Virus record (IMG/VR): IMGVR_UViG_3300046665_000548
Coordinates: 434,001 to 498,000 of that record
Reading direction: 5' to 3' (one strand)
Length of the DNA: 64,000 bases
Shown: positions 1-8,918 of the stretch, piece after piece
How the letters are laid out: every line of letters starts with the position of its first letter
Numbering within the stretch: position 1 is the first letter of the stretch
Position numbers and translations under genes: made by a program
Notes under the pieces: generated by a model
The model's input: only the letters and a program-made list of their open reading frames with translations
Told to the model about the DNA's origin: nothing
The model's database searches: none

Positions 1-1604
1 CCACGGCGCGTGTCCTGAATAAGAAAATCGTGAACGTAGTTGAACGCATCGCTAGATTTTACCGATGGTTGAATGTACGTACCCAGAATGGCATCTGCAC
101 TGACGTTATCGCTGAGCGGAATTTCAACGAAGGTTGTCTGGGGTTCCTTGTAGAACATACCATCGTCGGAAAACACGTTGGTGTCTTGATAATTTCCGGT
201 CGGATCGTTCAGATCGATGAAACGCGAATGTCCCGAATAGACTCGATTTACGGCCTTAATCTTGGTCGCAAGGTTGGACTGGAGCGGGAACGCATTGTAG
301 TCCTCACCAGAGACCATGCGGTTCTGTGTCGAGTATACTTGCGGAGCGCGCAGACGAATCTGTTCTTCTGTCTCTGCCGGAGCAGAGTTCGATACAGGAG
401 ATTCCAGACCCAAGGTGATGGTTAGCGTGCGCTGAACGCCGCGACGATTGAAGTAAGGAACATCAATCCTGATCTGCGACATTTCGAACGGACGGATTTG
501 ATACTGCTGGCCATTAGACGAGCGATACCATGCACGAAGACGCCCGACTGGTGCTTCACCGAAACGACCATCACCGAAACGCAGTGTGATCTGATCTTCA
601 TCACGAGTAGTAACGGAGAAAACCTTGCGAATGTCAGCAGGGATCGAGTTGAACGTGATGTTCTCGTTCAACATCAGGGGGACCTTCTCCCACTGTGCAG
701 TGACATCACCGTTGTCGTCCAGCGATTGGACCCAAACGTCTGTATCATTGATGTTTGCCACATCGATATCAATCGTCTGGTTTTCGATTGGGTTCAAAAT
801 GTTATACTGAGCACGCTTCAAGATGCCTTGACGGAAACCCATGAAGAAACCAGTGTCCGCGCTAGCATTGCCGTTTCCGTCAGTGCGATAGAGCATGTGG
901 AGCGCGGCTTCGGTATTCGGGGTACGCTCGGTGATGCCAAGCGTTTCGTCAAAATCGGTATTGATGACTTCGAAATCCATCGTATCGCCGCCAACCTTTG
1001 CAGCGTAAGAAAGATCGAGGTCGGCAAATCGAGAATTGATGCGGTACTGCTGCGTCTTCACACCAGCCAGTGTTCCATTCTTCAATGGGACGCCGAACGG
1101 GTTGGTGGAAACGAACACGCTGTTCAGAACCAGGACGATACGCTCAAACCAATCCGGATCGTCCGGGTTGTTCCAGTTCAGAATTCGATTCTGTAGATTG
1201 TTACCAAGAGCATCGTAAACGTCATCGTCTGTTTGGATCGCCTGAACCTTCAGGAGACCGCGAGCAGCTTGATTACGGCGAGGATTGTAGGAGAGAAAGC
1301 GGGCAAGGCGCAAAATGCTCTCGCGAGCCTCTGCCTTCTCAAGAAAGTTTTCACGGGCATTGATGTCGGTCTTGAACGCAAGAATGCCGGAAAGCCACGC
1401 AAGCAGATCGATAATCGCGATGAACTCGGAAGATTCGATCCAGTCGTTGAAATCTTCAGGATAGTTGACGCGGATGTACTCGCGAAGCGCAGCAGAGATC
1501 GTCTGAGGATCGGAAGAGTTGAAATTGATTTGCGTGAAAGCGCGGTATAGAACCTGCCAGTCTTGGGCAGCGAACAACTCGCTCTGGCGTTGAACGGAAG
1601 ACAT
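1..1604 (-). CDS. Baseplate wedge protein, T4 gp6-like (C-terminus runs off the window)
   Basis: Not in the ORF track. Manual translation from ATG 1604 (AGGAG upstream) gives MSSVQRQSELF...EDFNDWIESSEFIAIIDLLAW...ENFLEKAEARESILRLARFLSYNPRR, matching the gp6 N-terminal pattern; adjacent to the gp25-like gene. Confidence 0.85.
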   Translation of the reverse strand, partial: MSSVQRQSELFAAQDWQVLYRAFTQINFNSSDPQTISAALREYIRVNYPEDFNDWIESSEFIAIIDLLAWLSGILAFKTDINARENFLEKAEARESILRLARFLSYNPRRNQAARGLLKVQAIQTDDDVYDALGNNLQNRILNWNNPDDPDWFERIVLVLNSVFVSTNPFGVPLKNGTLAGVKTQQYRINSRFADLDLSYAAKVGGDTMDFEVINTDFDETLGITERTPNTEAALHMLYRTDGNGNASADTGFFMGFRQGILKRAQYNILNPIENQTIDIDVANINDTDVWVQSLDDNGDVTAQWEKVPLMLNENITFNSIPADIRKVFSVTTRDEDQITLRFGDGRFGEAPVGRLRAWYRSSNGQQYQIRPFEMSQIRIDVPYFNRRGVQRTLTITLGLESPVSNSAPAETEEQIRLRAPQVYSTQNRMVSGEDYNAFPLQSNLATKIKAVNRVYSGHSRFIDLNDPTGNYQDTNVFSDDGMFYKEPQTTFVEIPLSDNVSADAILGTYIQPSVKSSDAFNYVHDFLIQDTRR

Positions 1605-1617
1605 ACGTTAAAACTCC

Positions 1618-2010
1618 TCAGTCGCCTGAATATGCAATGGATTGGTTCTTCTGAAACGTAGCAAACATCGTGTCCACAATACCCCATCCAAGAAACTCAA
1701 GGGTATTTTCAACTCGCACACCCTGGTCAAAATCGACAACAACGGTGCGAACAAGTTTCACACGGGGATCGGACTGACAAATGCGCACGGCATCATCAAT
1801 GATCTCTTGTCGAATGACGGATGTTAGTTGCTCGTCCAGCAAGTCCCAAATGCGCGACCCGAAATTAGGGCGCATCACGCGCTCGCCAATTCTCGTCATA
1901 AAATGATTGAGAAGATCGCGCTTGATGAGATCAATATCCGTCAGCACCCAAGACATGGTGCGTTCGGCGTCAATCGTGCTGAATCCTCGGAAAGATTTCT
2001 GTCGTGCCAT
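1618..2010 (-). CDS. Baseplate wedge subunit, gp25-like
   Basis: LLNHFMTRIGERVMRPNFGSRIWDLLDE...DPRV is the GPW/gp25 signature. Confidence 0.9.
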   Translation of the reverse strand: MARQKSFRGFSTIDAERTMSWVLTDIDLIKRDLLNHFMTRIGERVMRPNFGSRIWDLLDEQLTSVIRQEIIDDAVRICQSDPRVKLVRTVVVDFDQGVRVENTLEFLGWGIVDTMFATFQKNQSIAYSGD

Positions 2011-2035
2011 CCAAATTGCCAGATTACTATTGCTT

Positions 2036-2043
2036 TATTTATG
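2036..2043 (-). promoter_or_regulatory. T4-like late promoter (CATAAATA)
   Basis: nnTAAATA 26 nt upstream of the gp25-like start; recurring motif. Confidence 0.6.
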
Positions 2044-2076
2044 CGCTCTAAAAAACCGCTCTTTTCTACCTTATGC

Positions 2077-2104
2077 TTGACAAAAGAACATTTCGTGGTA
2101 GAGT
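2077..2104 (+). promoter_or_regulatory. Host sigma70-type early promoter TTGACA-N16-TAGAGT with extended -10 TGG
   Basis: One of 10 similar copies; heads the + strand small-ORF cluster. Confidence 0.7.
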
Positions 2105-2132
2105 TTGCACCGGAACGCATTGGGAACACTTC

Positions 2133-2342
2133 ATGGCGATCAAGTTTGCGGAAATCATCGGCGCATATGCAACCGCGTACGAGGCGGCTAACGGCAAGCC
2201 TGCGCCGAAAATCAAGTACGAGCAGGGATGGTTCATTTTCCTGTACGATACCGGGTACAAGCCGCGCTACCGGGCCGCCAAGCTTATCGAAATGGGTGAG
2301 CGGTTGCTGCGGACGGCTGCCGAAGCAAAGGCAGGAGCCTGA
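2133..2342 (+). CDS. Hypothetical protein
   Basis: ORF start reassigned to ATG 2133 downstream of the promoter; coupled to the next gene. Confidence 0.6.
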   Translation: MAIKFAEIIGAYATAYEAANGKPAPKIKYEQGWFIFLYDTGYKPRYRAAKLIEMGERLLRTAAEAKAGA

Positions 2343-2701
2343 TGTCTCTCGCCGGTCAGTATAAGATTCTGTCGTTTCTTTGGAACAACTCCGATGGGCA
2401 CGACAAGGTATGGGGGTACTTTATACTCTCCAGCGATCCCAGCACGTATTACAACTTTTGGGGACGGCGCGGGAAGAAACTGACCTGGAAGGAATACAAG
2501 GACGACGGCGGAATCATGGGGGCGCGAGCAGCCCTCAAGCTCGATAACCTGCGCATTACCAAGTCCAGAGGGAAGGGCTATCGAGAGGTCGCGGTGGACC
2601 AAATAGAGGCGATCACGCCCGGTTTCACGGACGAGTTCGAAAAGAACTTTACGCTGGCCCGGCTTTTCGACAACTTCCACAATAAGGTTCAGGAGGAATA
2701 A
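2342..2701 (+). CDS. WGR-domain-like protein
   Basis: YYNFWGRRGKK...KSRGKGYREV resembles the WGR...KGY signature. Confidence 0.6.
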   Translation: MSLAGQYKILSFLWNNSDGHDKVWGYFILSSDPSTYYNFWGRRGKKLTWKEYKDDGGIMGARAALKLDNLRITKSRGKGYREVAVDQIEAITPGFTDEFEKNFTLARLFDNFHNKVQEE

Positions 2702-3147
2702 TGCCTCGGCGCTACGATTATGACGCGGATGACATCGCGGCTGTCGAATATGACGGCAAGATACTAACCGACCGCAAGGTTGGTCGTCTGGAAGATAGGA
2801 ACGCGTTCTTCGGTCCGCCGAAATGTATGGGTTGGTTCTATGGCCAGTATCGGGCGTGTATCTACGACACGCCGTTCATGGACGAGGTTTTCGACTGGTG
2901 CGACGAGAATGCGACCGCGCCATGGTACTGGTTCGAACACTCCTGCAATCACGGCCACTCGGTCGAGACGAATGTGTGGTTCAGCAGCGAAGACGACGTG
3001 GGACGGTTCAGGGAACGCTGGGGCGATAAGGGATCGCCACGAGGCAAGAGCGACACGTTCGAGTTCAACAAGACCGCGATACGTCTCAATGAGAATTCAA
3101 TCGAAGCACGCAAGCGCTATGCGGCAAAGATGGAGAAATCGGCATGA
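2701..3147 (+). CDS. Hypothetical protein, member of the dispersed small paralogue family
   Basis: VFDWCDEN...VWFSSEDDVGRFRERWG. Confidence 0.65.
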   Translation: MPRRYDYDADDIAAVEYDGKILTDRKVGRLEDRNAFFGPPKCMGWFYGQYRACIYDTPFMDEVFDWCDENATAPWYWFEHSCNHGHSVETNVWFSSEDDVGRFRERWGDKGSPRGKSDTFEFNKTAIRLNENSIEARKRYAAKMEKSA

Positions 3148-3437
3148 CGTTTCTTAAGCGAATATTGCCGTTGCTGCCGGATGCGGTAACTGGAACTGCT
3201 CCGCGACCCACCCGCGCGCCGTACACCGACAATGAGCGGTCAGTTATTCGGGCCTATGCGAATGGCGATCTGTCCTACCGCGAGCAAGCCCTTATTATTT
3301 TTCGCGGCCATCTTCGCGCCGGGGTGTTTCGCAAGGACCCTTATTTCGAGTTCATGAGCGAGATCGACTCGCCCGTTCCGTGCTGGATCGTGAAAGGCCG
3401 TGCGCGCTCGGCTATTACGGGAAAGCCGTTTCCGTGA
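3144..3437 (+). CDS. Hypothetical protein
   Basis: ATGA-coupled ORF in the + strand operon. Confidence 0.6.
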   Translation: MTFLKRILPLLPDAVTGTAPRPTRAPYTDNERSVIRAYANGDLSYREQALIIFRGHLRAGVFRKDPYFEFMSEIDSPVPCWIVKGRARSAITGKPFP

Positions 3438-4051
3438 GCAAGCCAAAGCCAATGAAAATTGGGGAGGTCCGCGTATACGATGTCGCCGGAACGGCGGTCG
3501 AACTCACACGGGTAGACCCGACAACACGTGAGTACAGCTTCCACACGTTCAAGGACCAAAAATCTCGATACGAGGTCCGGGTCGATGGTGTTCTACGAGC
3601 ACACATTCAGTGCCCGGCAGGGTTTGGTAATCCTTGGGAAATCGTCAGCCTGGGGCGGGACGGGATGCACGTCTACGACTTCGAACGTGACGATCCTCAA
3701 CGGGTTTATCCGGAAAAGAACTACCGTATGCGCGGCGCACCTGTTGAAGGACGGGATGAACTTGTTCTGCTCATCCCAGGTTTTATCGCAAACGGTAAGC
3801 TGCCGACGCAGGAAAAAATCATAGCTGATACGAAAGCAGCAGCGGAGCGCGCTAAGCAACGCGAAGAAGAGAGCCGTATTTCTACCGAACGTTCGAAAAT
3901 CGAATATGCTGAACGCCAGCGGCTCCAAGAAGAACATCGTCAGTTTACATTGGAAGGTCTTGAGTCTATACGAGACCGTTTCCAAGGCCAGTTGAGTAAT
4001 ACGGAAACCGAAGCTCTGTTAACCGCAATTGAAAAATGGAAACCAAAATGA
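3434..4051 (+). CDS. Hypothetical protein with C-terminal coiled coil
   Basis: GTGA overlap with the previous stop; charged helical C-terminus. Confidence 0.65.
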   Translation: MSKPKPMKIGEVRVYDVAGTAVELTRVDPTTREYSFHTFKDQKSRYEVRVDGVLRAHIQCPAGFGNPWEIVSLGRDGMHVYDFERDDPQRVYPEKNYRMRGAPVEGRDELVLLIPGFIANGKLPTQEKIIADTKAAAERAKQREEESRISTERSKIEYAERQRLQEEHRQFTLEGLESIRDRFQGQLSNTETEALLTAIEKWKPK

Positions 4052-4326
4052 TCAACTTTACTCAGAACTTCTGGCACGATCACGGGGTGTTCTTTCTCAT
4101 CTTCATGATGATCTTTCCCCGACTGACGCTGCTGTTCGCAACGTCCGTGACGTTCGGCGTCTTTGCGTGGATCGGATGGCTAATTGGTCCGCGCGTCGTA
4201 GCGGCCTACTACGCGTCTGTGTTTTACTGGGACTCGAACCCATTCCTAGTTGCTATCGCGTGGGTCTTGTCGATCTCTACGCTTCTCGGGTGGGCGGGCG
4301 TGATCAATCGGAAGCTTGGTAGATGA
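4048..4326 (+). CDS. Small membrane protein
   Basis: Several hydrophobic segments; ATGA overlap. Confidence 0.65.
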   Translation: MINFTQNFWHDHGVFFLIFMMIFPRLTLLFATSVTFGVFAWIGWLIGPRVVAAYYASVFYWDSNPFLVAIAWVLSISTLLGWAGVINRKLGR

Positions 4327-4706
4327 GGACCAAATTCATCGAAGCAACCAACTGCCCTATGAACTGGGGTAAGTTCATGATCGGTGAGTTCACCGCCGAA
4401 GAATGGGCTCTACGATCTCAAGTCGATGATCGGTCAATCATTCGTGGCCGAGGCTGGAGTTCGAAGCACAAACTCGTGCTGGATTTGCAAACCGGGGAGG
4501 GAGCGGTGTTCTCTCCCGGTGGTTACGCAAAGGCCGACTTGGACAAGCACAAGATTTGGGTTTGTCCGCTGTTCGAACCATTCCTAGAGTGGTTTTATAA
4601 GCAGGACCTGTCTGATATCGATGCGCTTCCGACACATGTCGATCTTCCTGACGCTCCGTTCTCGATGTCTGGATATCGTCGTGCCGGGGTCAGGGAAGAT
4701 ACATGA
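4323..4706 (+). CDS. Hypothetical protein
   Basis: Coupled ORF, 127 aa. Confidence 0.65.
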   Translation: MRTKFIEATNCPMNWGKFMIGEFTAEEWALRSQVDDRSIIRGRGWSSKHKLVLDLQTGEGAVFSPGGYAKADLDKHKIWVCPLFEPFLEWFYKQDLSDIDALPTHVDLPDAPFSMSGYRRAGVREDT

Positions 4707-4975
4707 AACCGAGCGCCGCTACGCAAGCCGCCTATGACGCAGTGAGCGATGATATCAAGAGCGATATCGTTGATGCGGCTAATTGGGCGCGGAATACGCT
4801 GACCAATCTCGAAGGCTCTGGTCACCACATTGTAGTGACCGGAGAAAAATCGACTGGGCTGGTGGTATGCTCGTTCGCCAAGGCATCCTGGGCAGGAGAC
4901 CATAGCGGGCCTGCGATGGAAGAAGGTGCCGAGGCAATCGTCATGGCGGTTTGTTCTTACATGAACGGGCAATAG
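4703..4975 (+). CDS. Hypothetical protein
   Basis: Coupled ORF, 90 aa. Confidence 0.6.
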   Translation: MKPSAATQAAYDAVSDDIKSDIVDAANWARNTLTNLEGSGHHIVVTGEKSTGLVVCSFAKASWAGDHSGPAMEEGAEAIVMAVCSYMNGQ

Positions 4976-4985
4976 GAGGCGAGCT

Positions 4986-5141
4986 ATGAAATGTGTTAGA
5001 TTTACTCTGAATGATTTGAAGAACCCAAAGATCGCCCGACTGTCCGACGATGAAGCGGCTGGCTATGTCAGCACTGGGCATTGGAAATACTGCCCAAAGC
5101 ATGAATACAAGACTCTGCATGGGCGCGAGGAGACCAAATGA
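4986..5141 (+). CDS. Small hypothetical protein (51 aa)
   Basis: Not in the track; GGAGG upstream, ATGA overlap with the next gene. Confidence 0.6.
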   Translation: MKCVRFTLNDLKNPKIARLSDDEAAGYVSTGHWKYCPKHEYKTLHGREETK

Positions 5142-5485
5142 AAATTGAATTACTCGAAAAGCCGATATGGATCGAACGCATCGAAGCTTCGATCAAATTC
5201 ATTTTGGACTATCGGGCCAAGAAGGACAAAGATATGGAGGATAAGGCGGCAGCCTACTACGATTCGCGGTCGCCTCTTCGTCGTTGGTTCTTCGGCCCTT
5301 CAACTCGAACGCCCGATAAGAGAGATTTGTATGTTTCGTGGAGGTACCCCTGCATGTCCGGTTGGAAAAGGCTGGAGCGGCTGCGCCGCATGCAGAATGT
5401 TCTGAACGATCCACTCGTCGGTGTCGTCTATCTAGATGATAATGATATCGATTCGATTCGGAAGACTGGAGATGTCGGTATCTAG
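5138..5485 (+). CDS. Hypothetical protein
   Basis: GGAG RBS, 115 aa. Confidence 0.65.
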   Translation: MKIELLEKPIWIERIEASIKFILDYRAKKDKDMEDKAAAYYDSRSPLRRWFFGPSTRTPDKRDLYVSWRYPCMSGWKRLERLRRMQNVLNDPLVGVVYLDDNDIDSIRKTGDVGI

Positions 5486-5610
5486 GACCTAGCCTGATCT
5501 CTTCGGTAAGTATCTTCCCATTTCTTACGAAGCTCTGGCGGAAACTCCGAAATCATGGATGCGCGCCCGAAGGCGCGCAATTCGCGTAGTATGATGCGGA
5601 TGATTTTCAT
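5482..5610 (-). CDS. Small ORF (42 aa) downstream of prs containing a cUUCGg hairpin
   Basis: MKIIRIILRELRAFGRASMISEF...; GAGG upstream; fills the intergenic gap. Confidence 0.4.
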   Translation of the reverse strand: MKIIRIILRELRAFGRASMISEFPPELRKKWEDTYRRDQARS

Positions 5611-5622
5611 CTGAGAAATCCC

Positions 5623-6555
5623 TCAAGAGTACAGGCTGGAGACGCTGAGCCCGCCTGACATTCGCGCAATGGCCTCCCCCAGCAATGGCGAGATCGACAG
5701 GACGCGGATGTTCGGAGCGGCAAGAACCGCTTCGGTTGGCATGATTGAATCGGTGATCACCAGTTCTTTCAGCTTCGAGCCGGAGACGCGTTCGACAGCC
5801 GTTCCAGACAGCACGCCGTGCGAGATGTACGCATAGACATCGGTCGCTCCCTGATCGAGCAGGGCGGCTGCCGCGTTGCAGAGCGTTCCACCAGAATCGA
5901 TCATATCGTCAACGAGGATACAGGTCTGCCCCTCGACGCTTCCGATGATGTTCATGACCTCGGATTCGCCTGCGCGCTCGCGGCGCTTGTCCACGATGGC
6001 CAACGGCGCATTGATGCGCTTCGCGAGAGCCCTGGCCCGGACCACACCGCCCACGTCGGGCGACACAACCGTGGTTGACGTGGAATTCAGACGCTGACGG
6101 ATATCTGCCGTGAAGACCGGAGCACCAAACAGGTTATCGGTCGGAATATCGAAAAATCCCTGAATTTGACCAGCATGTAGATCGAGAGTTAGAACATGAT
6201 CAACGCCAGCGTGCGTGATGAGATTAGCAACCAGCTTTGCCGAGATCGGCGTGCGGGCGGCCGACTTTCGATCCTGCCGGGCGTAACCAAAATACGGAAT
6301 AACCGCAATGATTCGGTTGGCGGATGCACGCCGCAGCGCGTCCGTCATGACCAGTAGCTCCATCAGATTGTCGTTGGTCGGAGCCGACGTTGACTGGACC
6401 AGATAAACATCCTCGCCTCGGACGTTTTCTTCAATTTCAACAAAGATTTCCCCATCAGCAAAGCGGCGAACGATAGCCTTGGTCAGCGGCAACTTTAGGT
6501 ATTCGCCAACGGCTTTTGCTAGAGGGATATTGGAGTTACCAGAAATGATTTTCAT
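5623..6555 (-). CDS. prs: Ribose-phosphate pyrophosphokinase (PRPP synthetase)
   Basis: [44 protein letters not shown] motifs; alphaproteobacterial-like. Confidence 0.97.
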   Translation of the reverse strand: MKIISGNSNIPLAKAVGEYLKLPLTKAIVRRFADGEIFVEIEENVRGEDVYLVQSTSAPTNDNLMELLVMTDALRRASANRIIAVIPYFGYARQDRKSAARTPISAKLVANLITHAGVDHVLTLDLHAGQIQGFFDIPTDNLFGAPVFTADIRQRLNSTSTTVVSPDVGGVVRARALAKRINAPLAIVDKRRERAGESEVMNIIGSVEGQTCILVDDMIDSGGTLCNAAAALLDQGATDVYAYISHGVLSGTAVERVSGSKLKELVITDSIMPTEAVLAAPNIRVLSISPLLGEAIARMSGGLSVSSLYS

Positions 6556-6585
6556 TGAATGACCATGTGAAAGAATAGGGTCTGT

Positions 6586-6613
6586 ATATTACCACAGTTT
6601 TGTGACACGTCAA
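6586..6613 (-). promoter_or_regulatory. Early promoter TTGACG-N16-TAATAT for prs
   Basis: Matches the recurring motif with TGG before -10. Confidence 0.7.
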
Positions 6614-6670
6614 ATGCTGCGTTGACTTTCCCACAAGTTTGTACCATCAATTGGGCGACTTAGGGAGCCA

Positions 6671-6940
6671 GTGATGCAGGTCATCGTTCGTAACAATAAT
6701 ATCGATCAAGCTCTGCGCGTTCTGAAGAAGAGAATGCAACGAGAGGGTATCTTCCGCGAAATGAAGCAGCGTGAAGCTTACGAAAAGCCGTCCGAGAAAC
6801 GAATCCGTGAGCGCTCGTCGGCCATTGTCAGAGCCAAGGTATCGGCTCGAAAACAAGCAATCCAGGAGGGCTTAATTCCGCCCCCCAAAAAACGGATCAA
6901 ACCGGAAGACAAAAAACGCGAGACGGCCAATGGCAGATGA
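6671..6940 (+). CDS. rpsU: Ribosomal protein bS21
   Basis: [43 protein letters not shown]; alphaproteobacterial-type C-terminal EGLIP tail. Confidence 0.95.
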   Translation: MMQVIVRNNNIDQALRVLKKRMQREGIFREMKQREAYEKPSEKRIRERSSAIVRAKVSARKQAIQEGLIPPPKKRIKPEDKKRETANGR

Positions 6941-7085
6941 CGTTGCCGGGGAAACATTTCGGTTCACCATCATGATACCGGAATGGGATACCTCAATCAC
7001 CGGCTACGAATGGTGGAACGACTGTATAGTTGATGTCGAAGTCCCAATTGCCGCAAAGGCTGAGACTGCCGACATCAAAAAATGA
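6930..7085 (+). CDS. Small hypothetical protein (51 aa)
   Basis: Overlaps the rpsU end; open frame to TGA at 7083-7085. Confidence 0.45.
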   Translation: MADDVAGETFRFTIMIPEWDTSITGYEWWNDCIVDVEVPIAAKAETADIKK

Positions 7086-7478
7086 TCACTGAAACAGTTT
7101 GGGGATAACCTTGAATGGGATGCGCGGGACTGCATCCCATTTCTTTTCCCGGATCACGTCATTGGACATGGCTGGCTTTGCGCCCTGCTCACGGTCGAGA
7201 GACCATGTGACATGGTAGGTCTTGCCATCCGGTCGCGTGGTAGTGCCGCCAACCTCGCAGACAAGCGCCTGGACGCGTTCGCCATCATTGGCGATACCTA
7301 CCACTACGGCTTGAGTTTCCTCCGGCAGGGGCTCGTCCTCGGTCACCCCAAAGGTGCGCGTGATGTGGTGCGCGACAACATCCGGGTAGACGGCCGGAAA
7401 CAGCGAAAGCAGTCGTGATCGCTCCCCCTCAGGAAGCTCCCATCCATTGTAAAATGACTTTTTCTTCATCATGAACAA
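7086..7478 (-). CDS. 2H phosphoesterase superfamily protein
   Basis: Two HxT motifs (HHIT, YHVTW) about 50 aa apart. Confidence 0.65.
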   Translation of the reverse strand: MFMMKKKSFYNGWELPEGERSRLLSLFPAVYPDVVAHHITRTFGVTEDEPLPEETQAVVVGIANDGERVQALVCEVGGTTTRPDGKTYHVTWSLDREQGAKPAMSNDVIREKKWDAVPRIPFKVIPKLFQ

Positions 7479-7828
7479 CTACCGCTGTCGCGTTCTGCCG
7501 TGGAGAATGATGAGCCGCAACCGCAGCTACCCACTGATTGAGGATTGTTGAATACAAATCCACCGGAGAAGGTATCTTCGCTCCAGTCGATTACTGTGCC
7601 GACAACAGACGGAACAGCAAATCCATCAATAACAAATACAAGACCTTCGTCCAATACTATTGTCTCGTCTTGTTCAGCAATTTCTTCTGCATCGATCACG
7701 CCCATCTCGTATCCGTTTCCACCGCACCCCTTCGAGTTAACAGTGAAATACGCGGTGGTCTCGTTTTGAGCACGAAGGAACGTTGTTAGGCGTGTCTTCG
7801 CGCTTTCAGTTAGTGTTACAGAACTCAT
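7469..7828 (-). CDS. iscA: A-type Fe-S cluster carrier (IscA/HesB family)
   Basis: KGCGGNGY and C-terminal FVFNNPQSVGSCGCGSSF. Confidence 0.9.
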   Translation of the reverse strand: MSSVTLTESAKTRLTTFLRAQNETTAYFTVNSKGCGGNGYEMGVIDAEEIAEQDETIVLDEGLVFVIDGFAVPSVVGTVIDWSEDTFSGGFVFNNPQSVGSCGCGSSFSTAERDSGSCS

Positions 7829-8055
7829 AGTTTCTCCTCGATCAGCGTGATCTCTGCGTCAGTTTCGATCCACAATTTAGCACCGCATGAGAGCGGCTTA
7901 TCGGGACGATAGACCATACGTGATGGTCCGTGAATTTCGACCTCCATGGCATATCGAATGTGCTTCCCATCTTGCACCCGACACACGGGTTCTGTGCGCC
8001 CATGCTTGGCATTTTGTTGGATCACGTTTCGATTGATGTGGATGATCTTTGTCAT
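7825..8055 (-). CDS. Hypothetical phage protein
   Basis: Coupled ORF MTKIIHINRNVI...CGAKLWIET. Confidence 0.65.
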   Translation of the reverse strand: MTKIIHINRNVIQQNAKHGRTEPVCRVQDGKHIRYAMEVEIHGPSRMVYRPDKPLSCGAKLWIETDAEITLIEEKL

Positions 8056-8059
8056 GTGT

Positions 8060-8305
8060 TCACTCAGGCAAAATCAAACGACGATCTTTGTCCATGCACA
8101 GGACTTGATCCAAGGTGTAGCTGTTCTTTCCCGAACCATGCTTCTCTGTGATACTAGCATTGGCGTATCCATGATCGGTGCACCACGTCCGCTGTTCCGC
8201 GCGAATACGATTAGCCTCACGCTTTTCGGGAATGATAACCAAGAAAATCAGCAAAGAAAACGGGATAACAACACCCGCAACACAGAGCAAAAATAAACGC
8301 ATCAT
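8060..8305 (-). CDS. Small membrane-anchored protein
   Basis: N-terminal hydrophobic helix; start reassigned to ATG 8305. Confidence 0.5.
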   Translation of the reverse strand: MMRLFLLCVAGVVIPFSLLIFLVIIPEKREANRIRAEQRTWCTDHGYANASITEKHGSGKNSYTLDQVLCMDKDRRLILPE

Positions 8306-8313
8306 GAAAATCC

Positions 8314-8856
8314 TCAGTATGTAGTAACAATTTTGTCGGCTAAGCCGAGTTTCACTGCTTCCTTCGAGTCTAACCATACGTCTTCCGGAGGCAATAGCTT
8401 TTCTTGAATAACCTTCTCTTTCAGTCCTGTGCACTTTTTGTAGTGCTCCATGATGCGATGCTGAAGAAGACTGAATTCACGCATGGTCGCGAATAGCTCG
8501 TGCTCTTTACCGAATTGGCCCCACGAGTATTGGTGTGAAAGAATGGAGGTGTTTGGTGTAATCACGCGGTGGCCGGGCTTACCGCTAATGAAGAGCAGAA
8601 GACCGCAGCTTGCGATTGATCCGAGACCAACGGTGTGCACGGGAATCTTCGAACCCTTGATCGTGTCGATCAAAGCGAAACAGTCTGGCACGCTTCCGCC
8701 AGGAGAATTAATTACGAAGGTCAGAGATTTCGGGCGTTCATCGCCCTTGGTCAAATTCTTTTCTAGAACAAACCGAATAGCTTTCTCACAGCTACTCGCA
8801 GTGAAATTTTCCATAAACAGGAATACGCCGCTCTTCTCTAAAGGACTGTCAGTCAC
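8314..8856 (-). CDS. Divergent ClpP-like serine protease
   Basis: INSPGGSV, IASCG (catalytic Ser), LSHQY (His), DVWLDSKEAVKLGLADKI. Confidence 0.85.
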   Translation of the reverse strand: MTDSPLEKSGVFLFMENFTASSCEKAIRFVLEKNLTKGDERPKSLTFVINSPGGSVPDCFALIDTIKGSKIPVHTVGLGSIASCGLLLFISGKPGHRVITPNTSILSHQYSWGQFGKEHELFATMREFSLLQHRIMEHYKKCTGLKEKVIQEKLLPPEDVWLDSKEAVKLGLADKIVTTY

Positions 8857-8887
8857 TGAAAATCTTTCAAATAAAATAATGATCTAA

Positions 8888-8916
8888 ATCGTACGAGGGG
8901 AAATCGAAAAGGTCAA
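8888..8916 (-). promoter_or_regulatory. Sigma70-type promoter TTGACC-N17-TACGAT
   Basis: Directly upstream of the clpP-like gene. Confidence 0.5.
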
Positions 8917-8918
8917 AA

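Noticed and set aside
30-1550. Plus-strand ORFs 30..425, 498..1196 and 1233..1550
   Set aside because: Antisense shadows of the gp6-like gene, which is open on the minus strand from 1604 to the window edge.
5623-6555. prs as the NARP1 ADPR-PP synthetase (Adps)
   Set aside because: The sequence looks like a canonical alphaproteobacterial Prs and is not adjacent to the Nampt-like gene, which pairs with NadM (NARP2 layout). Only an assay could exclude it fully.
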